Assembly (NCBI GenBank): GCA_030141605.1
Contig: JAQGDQ010000341.1
Coordinates: 62,001-126,000 of the forward strand
DNA from: Tubiluchus corallicola
Lineage: Eukaryota > Animalia > Priapulida
Length of the DNA: 64,000 nucleotides
Direction: 5' to 3'
The stretch's first letter is position 1, and each line of letters begins with the position of its first letter. The notes beneath the pieces are model-generated. The model did no database searches. It worked only from the letters and a program-made list of their open reading frames with translations, and was not told the origin of the DNA. Positions 47,592-60,283 of the stretch are shown here, in pieces. The position numbers were made by a program, and so were the translations under genes.

Positions 47592-50500
47592 TCATTTGAA
47601 GTGGTCACTTTGAGGTTGTTCTTTTAAGTGATTTCCTATTTTAAAAATTAGTATATAAAAAATTTACTAATAAATTAAATGAGCTGCATGCAGCAGATCT
47701 TCATTCCTATATCTGTTCTATAGTTGACTCCATTGTTTGATTTAACACTGTACTTGAACCTGAAACATTTTATGATGTCAGTTAGAAGTGCAGAAGACCT
47801 GAGTTCAATTTCCAGCTGAGCTCAAACTTTTCAGACTGATACTTCTTATGAAGTTATGAATAGTTATGAGTAGTTATGAATTAGTAAAAGTTACCACAAT
47901 CAATACCTCAAAAACTACAGTGCATTTAAAATAAATGGTATGTAATTACCATTTCCTGTTAATGGTGTGTATTCCATTGCAACATTTGTTTGCTTTGCTG
48001 TATCAATTGGCTTCACTGATTTTACCTGTACTGTTGTTGTTGTGTTGTCTGGTTTCTCAGAACTGTAGGCTGAAAATGTAAAGATGTTATTGGCATTAGT
48101 GCTATCAGACGTACAAATAACTGGGCAGTTAAGACAAGAAAGGCTTTTATAATAAATTACCGTTACCCGAAGTTATCGAATTTTGATAAGTGCTGTTTAA
48201 TTTGCATCTGCTACTAATGCTGATAAACAGTTATTTGCGAAAGCCGATAACATTGTTAAGTACTGGACCATATGAACACAGTTATACTGAGAAAATAATC
48301 AATGATTTTATCTTTGGTTTGACTGAGACTCTAGCCATGGGACAGCAAAAGTAGCACAGAGGATCCTGCAACAAATTTAACTGATGCTAAGTTAAAGCAT
48401 CGCGGTGCTTTTGTGAAGCAAGAACAAGAATCCTTTGAGGAATAATACAGCTATAGCAGTAAGCCTGGATTTAAAGTTTTAACATTCTTAAGGTTCTAGC
48501 TCAAAGGTCCATGGTTCAAACCCAGTTTCAGTTATGACTCTTTCACACTTTTATCATTGACTAATATAATATATACTATAATAATATAATTATAATCATA
48601 TAATATTATAATTATAACATATAATATTATAATATGTATTTTATATATATATAAAATCCTGCATTTTAAAAATATGTTTCATTAATTGCCAACCAACTAT
48701 TCTGGTAGTTATTATGATAAATATTCTTTAAGGATAGCATGAATAAATTAACACTTGGAGATGCTGAAAGTATTAGTGAACAGTTAGAATAGTATCAGAA
48801 CTGAGTGGTTTAGTGGTAATGCAAAGGTCCCTAGTTCAAATCCAGACTTGGTTGTAATCTTTTCTCATTTTTTCTGCTGAATTTGAATTCAACATCTAAT
48901 GAGCTGTGTGCTGTAGCACAGCACACACTATACTTGTAATTTTCCTGTTAAACTTACTTATTTCTCCATTTGTTCCTTGATATCTAATTCGACAAAACTT
49001 GTATAACGGACAACGGCTCCACATCACACATGTCACTCCGGCAACAACAAACAATAGAACGGCTAATACACACGTGACAGCTATAATAATAGCTTCCCTG
49101 AGAAAAAAACAACAATGTCAGTTATACAATTTGTACTCTTTGTTGGATTGTGTGCCGTATGGAGGAAATCTCAGACCTTCTACAATATGTTGGACTGGTA
49201 GCTTAGCTAACAGAGCAAGGGAGATCTAATCCGAGAGAGGGCTAATACACATGTGACAGCTATAATAATGGCTTCCCTGAGAAAAAACAACGTTAGTTAT
49301 ACAATTCGTACTGTTTGTTGGATTGTGTGCCATAAGCAGGAAATCTGAGGCCTTCTACGATATGTTGGACTGGTAGCTTAGCTGACAGAGCAAATGAGTT
49401 CTAATCTCAGGTTCAAATCCAAACTGTTTCAGAATTTCTCCGCATCTCTTTTCCTCAAATCATTACCCGCAATGGGTAATAATTATTGTAAAATAAAGTG
49501 CAATGGTTTATCAATATTCTGCCATTCATAGTCATAATCAAATTAGCGATTCTTATCCTTTTTTAGTAGGCTTTCGCACACTGCAAGAGAGAATTAAATA
49601 TTTAAAGGCTGGGTTTACTTAACACAATGGTTTTAGTGAGATCACAGAGCCTGGCTCATTATCTAGGAAAACTCCGTGACGAGCAACTGAAGTGAGAAGC
49701 TTGTCTTAGAATCTTTTCAATGCAAATACATTATGCTGTAAGGTAAACTGCTGCAAACAGTGTAGCAAATGTAACTTCCGTGAGCAAATATCGAACTCAA
49801 GTGAGCACGAGCCCACTGGGCTATAAAATTATTATATCATAAATTATGCAGACTTTGCCGTAATATTCAAAAGTGTTACTGCCAAGTGGCTTCAAACAAG
49901 CTGATTACTGGGCAAGAACACGAACAGATTTTAGTATCATAGTAGCATATGGTTAAGCAGTACGCAATGCTAAGTACTACTATGGGTCTGTATAAAACTT
50001 GTAGTTGCATTGTAATATTGGTTCAAGTTTTTGTATAAACCCGGCCACCGAAGTATCAAGAAAAGACAATTTTCATGTTATTTGAATGGTCCAGGGAGGT
50101 ATCCGTATGGACTTTTCAGATATGGCAAAGCCTCACAAGAAGGTCTGGATTGACACCTCAAGAGACCCTAAGCACTGAAAAGATCATAACCCCATATGCA
50201 TATGCGTAATTCAGAATAAAATCAATACTAAACTGTAAAATCAAATTTTATCTTTCGAAATGAAAAAAACTTAGACTAAGAATTATTTACAGTAAATGCT
50301 ACTAAGGCATCCATTACATTACATAAAAAAGCGATAGATAGATTTAAAATACAGAGACAACACTATCCTATTTTCCATATCACCACATTTTTGTAAGCAT
50401 TTCCACACTTGAAATATATTATGTCACATTATATAATCATCACACATATTTTGGTATATATTACTTATGGGTAATTATTCAATTTGAAAAAACTGCGTGG

Positions 50501-53500
50501 GGCCTCTCTTGCACTGAGGCCTTAAGCATTTACATATTTTGCTTAATGATTAATCCGGAGCTGCTCACAAGTCATAGAATGGCAGACATTTGTGCTCACT
50601 TTTTATTTCTGACGAAGAATCCTTCATTCTTCTGATTAGCTGCCAGGCAACAGAAAGAGTCTATGGTTTCCTCACAACATTCGGTCCACGATGGAGGATC
50701 CTGCGGACGAGGACAGCTGTAGGCGGGGCGCATCAGCAGTTGAATTGTACCGTTTGAATATTCCCAGTCAAATGCTTTCTCTTCACATTCTTGTTCTTTT
50801 GAAAACACTGCTCCACCTGAAAATCAATAACCAATCCGACGGAGGTCAATGATGCATGCAGTTTCTACATAGTGTAAAAACCCTATACATATTTATGGCC
50901 TCATCACTATAATATTTTTAGGCTTTATAAATTTGCAGTTAAATTTTTGATGTTTAAAAACACGAAACAGTTTTACAACAAAGTTTTTGTTGTTACTATA
51001 ATATTTATCTGTGATCCAATGCAAAATAAAAAGCAGAGCTGCTTTCACACATCCGCATGTGGTGACCTGTAGTGGTCATTAACTCATTGCCCAGGTCCAG
51101 TTTTAGTCAACATTCTGCAAAGGTTTTCTGATAAAGACTACTTTTATAAGCTTATTGATAATATCAGTTTTGTAACCCCCTTGCATGGATATGCCTTTTC
51201 TATCGACGAATTCACTGGGGGCACAACTTTTATTAAGATTTTGCATGGATATGCCTTTTCTATCGATGAATCGACTTAGGAATACAAATTTTATAAACAC
51301 CTCGGATAGATGTGTTTTTTCTATCCACAAAGGCAATTGAAAAAATGTCAGTTTTATAAACCCATCTTCCATACACATGTCTTTTCTATCCGTTCAAACG
51401 CATATGAGAACCTGTTTTATAAACCCCCTTGCTGGGATATGTCTTTTCTATCAGTCAAACGTTTGTCAGTACCAGTTTTATAGCCCCCTTTGATTGGATA
51501 TGCCATCTCTGAAGCCATTTGTCAATTCTCTACACGTCTAGGCTTCAGTTGTTCTTGCTTCTTTTCACCTTATTGAGTTTCCTATATTTTCGACGAAAGA
51601 TGAGTCATATAGAGTGTGGCCATGGTAGCTGCATTCCCGGGGATTGATTTCTCTTCTGGTTTTGCCAGGAATCTACTCAGATTGTTTTAACTAAAGGGGA
51701 TGGGGATGCTTCATTTGCCAATAAGCAAGACAATCTCCGGAAACAGTTTTCCATTTCCACGGTACATAAAAAGTAATAATGCAATGGTTAATACTTTTTT
51801 ATCATTGGCCTATAGTAGCATAAGCGGTTTGGAACATTTGACCGGCAGCTTGGAAGGCTTAGAACAACGTTTGGAAGGGCTAGCAGTGCGAAGTCAAGCC
51901 ACACTGGGCCTGGTCTATAAATAGGTGGGTAAAATGCTAGCTCCGTTATTCACATTATTTAGAGGAAGCATGGTTTATGCGTTGGGCTACATATCCAAGT
52001 GTGGCTAAAGACACCTGATGGTCCAGTGGTTTTCTTAGAGATATCCTTGATAATTAGGATTATTAGGTAAAGTGTGGTGCCGCCACACCTATCTAGAATA
52101 AGTGCTGGATTCCGTCTTGCACAGTATGAGAAAGCTGGTAGCCAAGACTTATTATGGTGATGGTAGATATTGAGGCAGGCAGAGATGTTATTATCAAGGA
52201 TGTGTAACTGTTTTATACTATTATTCGTCGTTTTTGTATCCACCTAGAAAAAGTTCATGTGCCCCACTCTGTATGATACTCCGTCGGCGAAAGTTTGGCG
52301 TAGTCTACCCACAAGCAAATTTCTGGCAGCCGCCATCCATTTGCTAACCAATTCCAATGTTGCTTAAGTTTGGACGTTACATGGGCGGAGAGAGCACACA
52401 CTTTTATCATCAAATAGCAATATATAATGTTCCATTGTGACGTGTCTACTGTAGCTATATGCATGCAGTCGAACAAAAATCTATATTTTTTCCATTAATT
52501 TTTGCATCAGGGTGTGACACATCAGTCAACTGTTTACATTCTGAATTATTTACATTGACAGGTGAATGTTTGTGCATCCATCGTACAGAATATTGTTGGA
52601 GAGACCACGTGGAGGGGATGGATTTAGCGGGTGAAGCTTATGACGATGAGTTAAAAACGGAATTAAATGAAGAAACAACTGGTCGCTATCACAGCGCCCC
52701 TATCTTCGCGATGATAGTGATGATGATGACTCGTTGCGTAGGCGAGTAAGTAGAACCTGCAGTTAGTGGAGTTTAGAAGAGGACTTCCAGTGGTTTAGCT
52801 TAGCTGTACAATGTGTACTTGAGGAGTAGCTAGTACATGGTATGATACTGTACAGTGTAAGTGAGTTAACCCTATTTAACTGCAGAATTTTTTTATTATT
52901 ATTGTAACCTCACATCGTATTAATCCTAATTTTCTGCATGAGACAAACTTAATTAGTGTAACGTATCCGGAAACTCTTGCTGTGGTATGATAGCCACTAA
53001 AGCAATCAATAATATGTTGCCTCTCATAATATTGACGATAATGGCTTTCACCGGACAAAGATTCCTCTTGTAATCACTAATGAGTAATGTTTTTAGTGTT
53101 TGCACTTCTCACGACTTCTTTTGACTTATAACCATCTGTTATGAGCATGAGCGTGCGACCACGAGCATAGCTTGTGACAATGTGATTGCAATTCAGAGAG
53201 TATAGCGCGCGAAACATACTACAACGTAGTGAAATATTTTGTCCTTTGTCGTTTTATATCTGTACATGAACATGACTAACACAACTCTAACGGTTGGCTG
53301 TTTCTAAATTTGAAAGATTGCGGTACTTTAAAAGCAAGCCCTCCCAAACTGTAGAAATTCCACTTGGCAGTATGCCCTAATAATAATTTATTTCAATCGT
53401 TCTTGAAATGCAATAGAAATTTTCGTGATCGGAAAACGAAATGCTTGGAATTAGATGTGCAACTTATGAAGGGCTCATCTTCCGTTCTTAACCATTAAAG

Positions 53501-56246
53501 AGACCCAAGAAAAATCGAATGTTGTAAAAATAAGATTGTTCACCAGTGACAGACGTATTGCTAAATTGTACTAAGAGATATATCATCAAAATTTGCACTC
53601 TTAAGTTTATGATCTAAAAATTATTACCTATAGTAATTACTGCATCTCGAGAACAACTATGTTTCAAACAAAAAGAATCTACAGCTTTTTAAAAAAAATA
53701 TTTTGGTATTTATCAGGTTCTTCTATAATTACCCTTAGGCCCATAGGCATATGATACATTCAGCGGATAACGTACAAGCATATCTGTCACGCCATCTGTT
53801 CCCCGAGTCTACAAATTAAATTTATTAATCAATAATTAATCAAATGTGCTATCATAGGCTGTTGTTGCTTTTTTGGGAACATATAACATATGATATATGA
53901 AACAAAGAGACCAGTTTACTATGGATGGGTTTATAAGAGCTAAACGACGTGCTTAGACTGGACATCGGTGGTTCCTTTTTTATTTCTGCTTTTCTTTTAC
54001 AATTTCGTTTGGCCCAACACAAACAAAAGACTAGCAATCATTCATACTGCTCAGCTAACTGAAGTGACTTTGTACTAAACCTCTACCTTTCTTACCAAAA
54101 CATTTTTGCCACAGTACTTCAAAAATCGTCCAATTACAACTGCGAGCTTGGTTGGCAGAGTGGCAATCCCCGAAGTACGATAAAAATATATATGCCGCTT
54201 TACCCACTGTGCTGTAAAACTTACCCAATTTGAAACGGCCTGGCGTTGTAACAAAATATAAAACTACATTTTTGTTCAATTGGACAATATTAATTATTCA
54301 TGTACATGTTTGAGATATACTTAGAAGAGTTTAGACGCAGTTGAAAAATTTAGACGTACTTTTACCTGGTTTACTAGGCGGCGATAGTCACCATCCACCT
54401 ACAAACCGGAACTAATTATGCCTAAATTACAAAAAGGAAATCGCTCCTGAGCTAAACCGTAAGACTATGCATTGATGTAAGGGCACGTTGTGCTATAATC
54501 TAGTGATTTCACAAAAGAAGCCAAGCCGCTGGAAGTTAAATTATCTTAGCGCAGATTGCAATCAATACTTTTCAGCTTCGTCGCGTTTTAGTATAACCCC
54601 TGAGTGAATCACGCTATTATGACTAATGCAGAACTAGAGGAATTTGAAGACTTACTAATTATTAATCAATCTCCGAGATTTCAGATTGGACCTATATCTA
54701 CATGCTATATCTAAGATTCGTTTAAAACAACATCCCAAATTAAACTGTAACAAATTTAACAAATGTAGTCTATTAAAGAGACGAAAGCAATATTGATCAA
54801 AGGAGAGTGTGAAAAATTTTTATACTGAGATTCGAACCCAAGATCTTCTGCCTTCCTGGCAGCGAAAACTATGACTAAGAGACTAACTAAGTTTGCAAGC
54901 AACGACAATTCAATTAGATCGGCCATGTTGTTTACTAATCTACTGTCGACTTTTTTTATTAATATCAACAGCTTTAATTTTGTATTTGATTAGAATCGAA
55001 TTAGACTTCTGGGGCTACTGGTTTTAACCGTGGTTACGATGTCATATTAAGATGTGTTTTTCCAATGTACTAAAGAAATGTTGATATCATCGTGATTTTA
55101 CTGTAACTGGCGCGGAAGATAACTGATAAAACGCGCTTCAGTCAAGATTTGAACCTCAGACCTTCTCGTAAGGCAGACACTTTACCAAGTTAACCGCCAA
55201 GAAAGACCAGTATTGCATTTAGATAAGCTATAGAATGCCCGCTTGATAAACAGGAACTTCCGGGTGAAGTTCAGGGTTGAGAAACGTTTTCATTGTTTTC
55301 TTTCGATAAAACCACTAAAGTTTAAGAAATTACTATCCTTTAACTTAGTAACCACCCTAAAATCGAGCGATATTAATGGATTAACTTCGTATGTACTTTA
55401 CTGCGTGCCAACTTCAATGGAATTTTCTTACTTGGCTTTGTTTACTCCAAGGGTTTTTCGCCACACCATTGTGTACTCTGCCAGGGTATTTAATGCTTAA
55501 CAGTTTTCTGTAGAGTCTACTGAAAGTATCCTTTTCCTCCGCTGTTTACCCTTTATTGTCTATAACGCAGCCTTGTATACATATATAGGTTCAACTAAAA
55601 TTAGAGGAATCCGAATTTTTGCTTTCAAGAGAATTGGATTTGGCGTGCACTACCATTGCCTCAAGAATCTCCTCTTCATATTTCATTCATATTGTGGCAC
55701 GACCAGAATCTAGCTCATTTTGTTAAGATGAGACATAGGCCCGCATGTTCGGCTGAGTGCACATTTATCTAAACAGTGAAGCACACAAAAATGCTTAGAA
55801 CCAGTCACCCATTCATTACATAGCCAGGTTCAGTGCTGCTTAATTTTCGTAGGTAATCCCACACTGCGACATGTGGTGTTTATTATGCATACAGATATTA
55901 ATGCTATAGTATTCTACTGATAGTGACTAAGAGTACTCTGCCATTAGTGTCATTCATTTAATACTGTCTTCTGAGAAGAGTAGCAGCTGACTCGTTAACC
56001 TTTGTTTTTTTCGACACCCTTTCCGTTATTATACACTTGTATTTTGCGTTGTTACGTAACGTGAGTTGATTTTGAAATATAACTTAATAATCTAATCTAA
56101 TCTATAACCTTGGTAAACATTTATCAAAGAATTGTCACTTACTCTTTTTTGCAGCTATTATAGCAAATAATAGAAAAAACTGACTTACTTGCTATGGATA
56201 ATAAATGATTTGTAAATAACGTCAGATATAAACACAGACAGAGCAT
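47592..56246 (-). CDS. Shisa-like single-pass membrane protein; coding exons 56246-56189, 50816-50600, 49097-48958, 48069-47950, 47635-47592 (192 aa)
   Basis: Four GT-AG introns join in phase; signal peptide MLCLCLYLTLFTNHLLSIASG, six-Cys ectodomain C..CPRPQD..CC..CC, TM helix, juxtamembrane CVMWSRCPLYKFC. Confidence 0.85.
49061..49406. repeat. ~179-bp tandem duplication spanning an intron/exon junction of the Shisa-like gene
   Basis: 49061-49231 vs 49240-49406, highly similar with scattered substitutions. Confidence 0.92.
49367..49426 (+). mobile_element. Degenerate tRNA-like SINE head (similar relics at ~47780-47825, ~48495-48530, ~48800-48855 on +; ~54825-54890, ~55140-55200 on -)
   Basis: A-box-like tagcttagctgacagagc and B-box-like ggttcaaatcc; no intact cloverleaf. 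Confidence 0.5.
51140..51510. repeat. Diverged ~55-60-bp tandem repeat (…ttttataaacccc…ggatatgYcttttctatc…), ~6-7 copies
   Basis: Core motif recurs at roughly 60-bp intervals. Confidence 0.8.
52040..52450 (-). mobile_element. Possible Penelope-like (GIY-YIG) remnant
   Basis: …TSKLKQH… and HILD…RRNPALILDRCGG loosely match the Penelope endonuclease C-terminus. Confidence 0.3.
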
Positions 56247-56915
56247 GATAGTAAACGTCTGCTAAGAACGCAGGCCCTTGTAACTGTGTAGTGTGTGTCT
56301 ACGAAGCCGAGATTCAGTTTATTGACTTTATTCCGTTCTACTAGTTGCATTAACTCGCCGATAGATGTCGCAAGCACGCTGGACTGAGTCCGAGAACAGA
56401 TTAGCAGTCTATAAGGTTGGGATAGAAAGCACTTAGATTCTGGACTACTTGTACAGATTAAATGTATCTATAATAATATGTATTAAAAGCTGTAAATGCA
56501 ATTATGAGAAAAAGTGCTGCAAATAGGCCTATATGAGATTATTAGTAAAGTCACTTTATTTTCATCTTTTGCTCTAGTCTTTTTTTTGGTAATGCACCAT
56601 AAGCAATTTCATTGTTACCATGAAGTTATACCAACAGTTACTAATAATTTGCCCTTCAGGGTTTTACAGGGTTTAATATTGTTATGATAACCCGTTGTCT
56701 ACTTGCTAAACAATTGTAAATTTCTGTGCTCTTTGGAAGAAGTGTTTTATGTATTCAATTATTGTTTTGCACTTAAGTAAAGTATGTTTTAGTTCATTTT
56801 CACATATTTCTGCTAATGACAATGTTATACGAGTGGTGTTTCTGTAGAACATCGTGCACAGTTTTTTCAGTGAAGTTTTTTTTACCAGTTTTTCTTGATT
56901 AAGTATGCATGCATA

Positions 56916-57388
56916 CTGTAGCGGATAGCCCTATAGGCTGAAGCCTAAGGCCCGGGATCAAAAGGGGCCCGGCAAAATAAAACGAAAAGAAATTTTTTTT
57001 TGTAAAAAAAAAATAAATTGACAAAAGAGCATGGGGCCCGCCAAAATAAAAATATAAGAATAAGTACTAATAAGAATACTTACTAATAAGTATAAGAAAT
57101 TAGTAAGAAACTAAAGTTACTTTCAGAGTTTCTGATTGGCTTATTTTAGTTGACATCTAACACAGAAACTCACCAAGCTGTAATCGTGTTTATATAGTCC
57201 TAGTCCACAACTCAAGGATCAAGAAGATATAATTTTTATCACAATCGGTGGGCAAAAACTCACAAAATTAAACAAACTTATAAACGACGAGAGCTCCACA
57301 AAAACACGTCAGCTCAGCAGTGTAGCAACATTTAAAAGGCCCGTTCCAAGCTCAAGCCTAAGGCCCATAAAATCATAATCCGCCGCTG
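56916..57388. mobile_element. hAT-type MITE
   Basis: 8-bp TSD CATGCATA on both sides; termini ctgtagcggat / atccgccgctg; subterminal aagcctaaggccc motifs. Confidence 0.82.
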
Positions 57389-57604
57389 CATGCATAAGTA
57401 GTTAAATTGGTACCTTCTGGACTTTGTGGAATCTGGAAGACATTTCAGCAGTAAACATTCTAAATAATAGCATCTTTCTACACCAGTAGAAAGTTGGAAA
57501 TGGTGAAGAAATGCCTGAATGGGCTTAAGTGCACTTATTGGCTCAAGCCAAGCCACACTCATTCTGACCAGTAAGTGGATGGATGGATAATCCGAGTACA
57601 ACAG

Positions 57605-57635
<31 letters not shown>

Positions 57636-59658
57636 TGTACACACAAATGTATGCTAACACAGAAGGATTTACAAGTAGGCAATTTCAATTAGATACAAAT
57701 ATTTTATTGTTCATAGAGAGCAAAATTACGTCGTGAATTAAACTGTTTAAAAGCCCAGCAATTATGATTATTATAGAAAAAAGTACAATAATTCACTACA
57801 CCGAAAACTTATTATTATTATTAGTTGCCGACAGCCTAATGTCAAACAATCGGTAACAACAATTATTATTCTAATAAAGTATACAACGAAATAGTAGAAG
57901 ACTCTTATTAAATATCACTTTACTTGGTACGCCAGCAGTGCACCAGTGAGTTACACAGCATAAAACGAATAGGCCTTGTAAGACTTTACATAAAGTAAAT
58001 AATTGATATACATATAATGTTATATATTACATAAAAATGTTACTACATTTGACAATGACACTCGACTCTGACTTATCGAATTCGAAAATATGACAATCCT
58101 TTATATATACAGTGTAAACTGGTTAGAGCTAAGCTATGTTGTAGTAATTTTAAATAGGTGCCTACGCCTACAAACCTAATAAAATGATTATTCCATTTAG
58201 TTTTCTGATAGAGCAACACAGCAAGAGAATCAGGAGTACACAAGAATGGCATGTTAAAGAAAAAGTACAGTTACCTACTGCATTTATAATACCTGCCTTT
58301 GCAAGGCAGTGTGTGTATAACTAGAAGTAGGGTGAAATTTTAAATAGTAAAAATGCATTTTGAAATCTAAATTCAATTTTCGTAGTATATTTTACAGATT
58401 GAAACTAAAATGCTTCAGTTTCATACTGAGAACCCAATTTACAAAGTAACTTTTTTCCTAAATCATCTATGATGAATGTAATACTAATCAACACACGAGA
58501 AAATACCCAATAAAAATAAAAAACTTTCATTACTTGAATGCGTAATAATAAAATTCATAACTTCCTGTCACATTTCCTTATACAAAATCCCAGTTGTTTT
58601 TCTTCAAATGGTTATGGCTTCAAGAGAAATCGTATTTTGTAAAAAAAACTGTAACTTGAGGGTGGGTACATAACTCACATATGTATTATCGTTTGCAATG
58701 ACAATTCATTCACGAACAAAACAAAGTAAACAACACTAGTATGCATAACAAACAATAGCAGGATATCTAAGTACAGCATCAGTCACTTTAGCATAATCAA
58801 TAATTATAATTATCACCAATAAGTTTTGATTTTATGTGCAATGATGAACAGGAAGTCGGGGAAACAAAATGACTGTCAGTTATTCATGAAGATTTCAAAT
58901 GATAGGAATTTGTTCCTGGATAAGCAAAACTAAAACGCTAAATGTATGAAAATGGTTTTTAATAAAAAAATGAAAGACGGGCTTTGTTCAAAATTCACTG
59001 GTCAGATGTCTCATAAGTTTCATCATTAAACAGATGTGTTGGTGTAAAGTATCCAAAGAAAATATTTTACACTGAAGAAGCACACATGCCTGACACGCTG
59101 TGGTAAAAGTGCTAACTGTTTTCCCTACCCAACACAGTAATTTTGTTTGTTATGGATTTCATTGAAATATATCACGTGATTTTATATCTATCACATATCT
59201 TATAGGGAATCAGATAGTGTTATAGTGTATTGAATAATTTTTATTACATTTGAAATAATTCAAATATGTAATAAGAATTTCTTTTTACTTCTAACAACCA
59301 ATTTTCGTGGACCTTGACAAATAAACACCAAGCCTAGAATTAATTTGGGTCTACAATAATCACGATCATTGAGCGGTGAAAATTACATATGGATGAATAA
59401 TAATTAAAGTTAGTTAATTAAACTAATTAATTAACTGATAAATATAATTCATTGTCTTTCTCACGTTGTGTTTTGATATTCTACCTGGTTTCTATATGAA
59501 GTGGGTTAATATCTTGAAGATAATATAATTTATAATTTAAGATTTTTCTGTCAACAAACCAGATGTATAGGTAACGAATCATTCCGTTTAAAATCAACTT
59601 CACGAAACTGATATGACTGTTTTGCAAATTTGTGGTATGATGAATTTTGAAGTACGAT

Positions 59659-60283
59659 CAGTGGCGATGCTGATAGGAGAGCATGGAGAGCTACCCCTCT
59701 CGCGAGCAGGTTTTTCAAATCAGTGGCGATGCTGATAGGAGAGCATGGAGAGCTACCCCTCTCCCAAGCAAGTTTTTCAAATCAGTGGCGATGCTGATAG
59801 GAGAACAAGGGGAGCAACCACTCTCCCGAGCAGGTTTTTCAAATCAGTGATGATGCTGATAGGAGAGCATGGAGAGCTACCCCTCTCCCAAGAAAGTTTT
59901 TCAAATCAGTGGCGATGCTGATAGGAGAACAAGGGGAGCAACCACTCTCCCGAGCAGGTGTCAAAATTGGCGCCTTTTCAAAAGTGCCAAAATTCATTCA
60001 TTTTGTTTTTGTTTTACGTTCAAAATTAAAAGAACTAAATATCATGTTTTGATTATATTTTGAGACTTATGAACTTACTGTAAAATTTTTTACTGTTTTA
60101 ATTTGAAATACGAAATAACCATTATAAGATTATGTACTTCCTTTAAAGTTGTATCTTCTTCATTTGAATTTAAACATAAAATTAAAAGGTACAATCAATG
60201 CATTAAAATTTGTTTTGGCAAGTGTCCCAGCTCCTTTTTTATGTGCTCGCTCCCCCTAGCTATAGAACCTGGCTACACCCCTA
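59659..60283. mobile_element. hAT-type MITE with five tandem 62-bp copies of its left terminus
   Basis: Units start CAGTG(G/A)YGATGC at 59659, 59721, 59783, 59845 and 59907; right end ggctacaccccta; imperfect 8-bp TSD agtacgat/tatacgat. Confidence 0.75.

Noticed and set aside
48800-49426. Possible tRNA genes
   Set aside because: A/B-box-like words are present but acceptor and anticodon stems do not pair; treated as SINE relics
50080-50175. Acceptor-like site (cttttcag) in the Shisa-like intron
   Set aside because: No in-frame contribution or clear donor; the gene model is complete without it
59659-59960. CRISPR-like regularly spaced repeats (also 51140-51510 and 62056-62360)
   Set aside because: Units are contiguous tandem copies without unique spacers, there are no cas genes, and the DNA is eukaryotic
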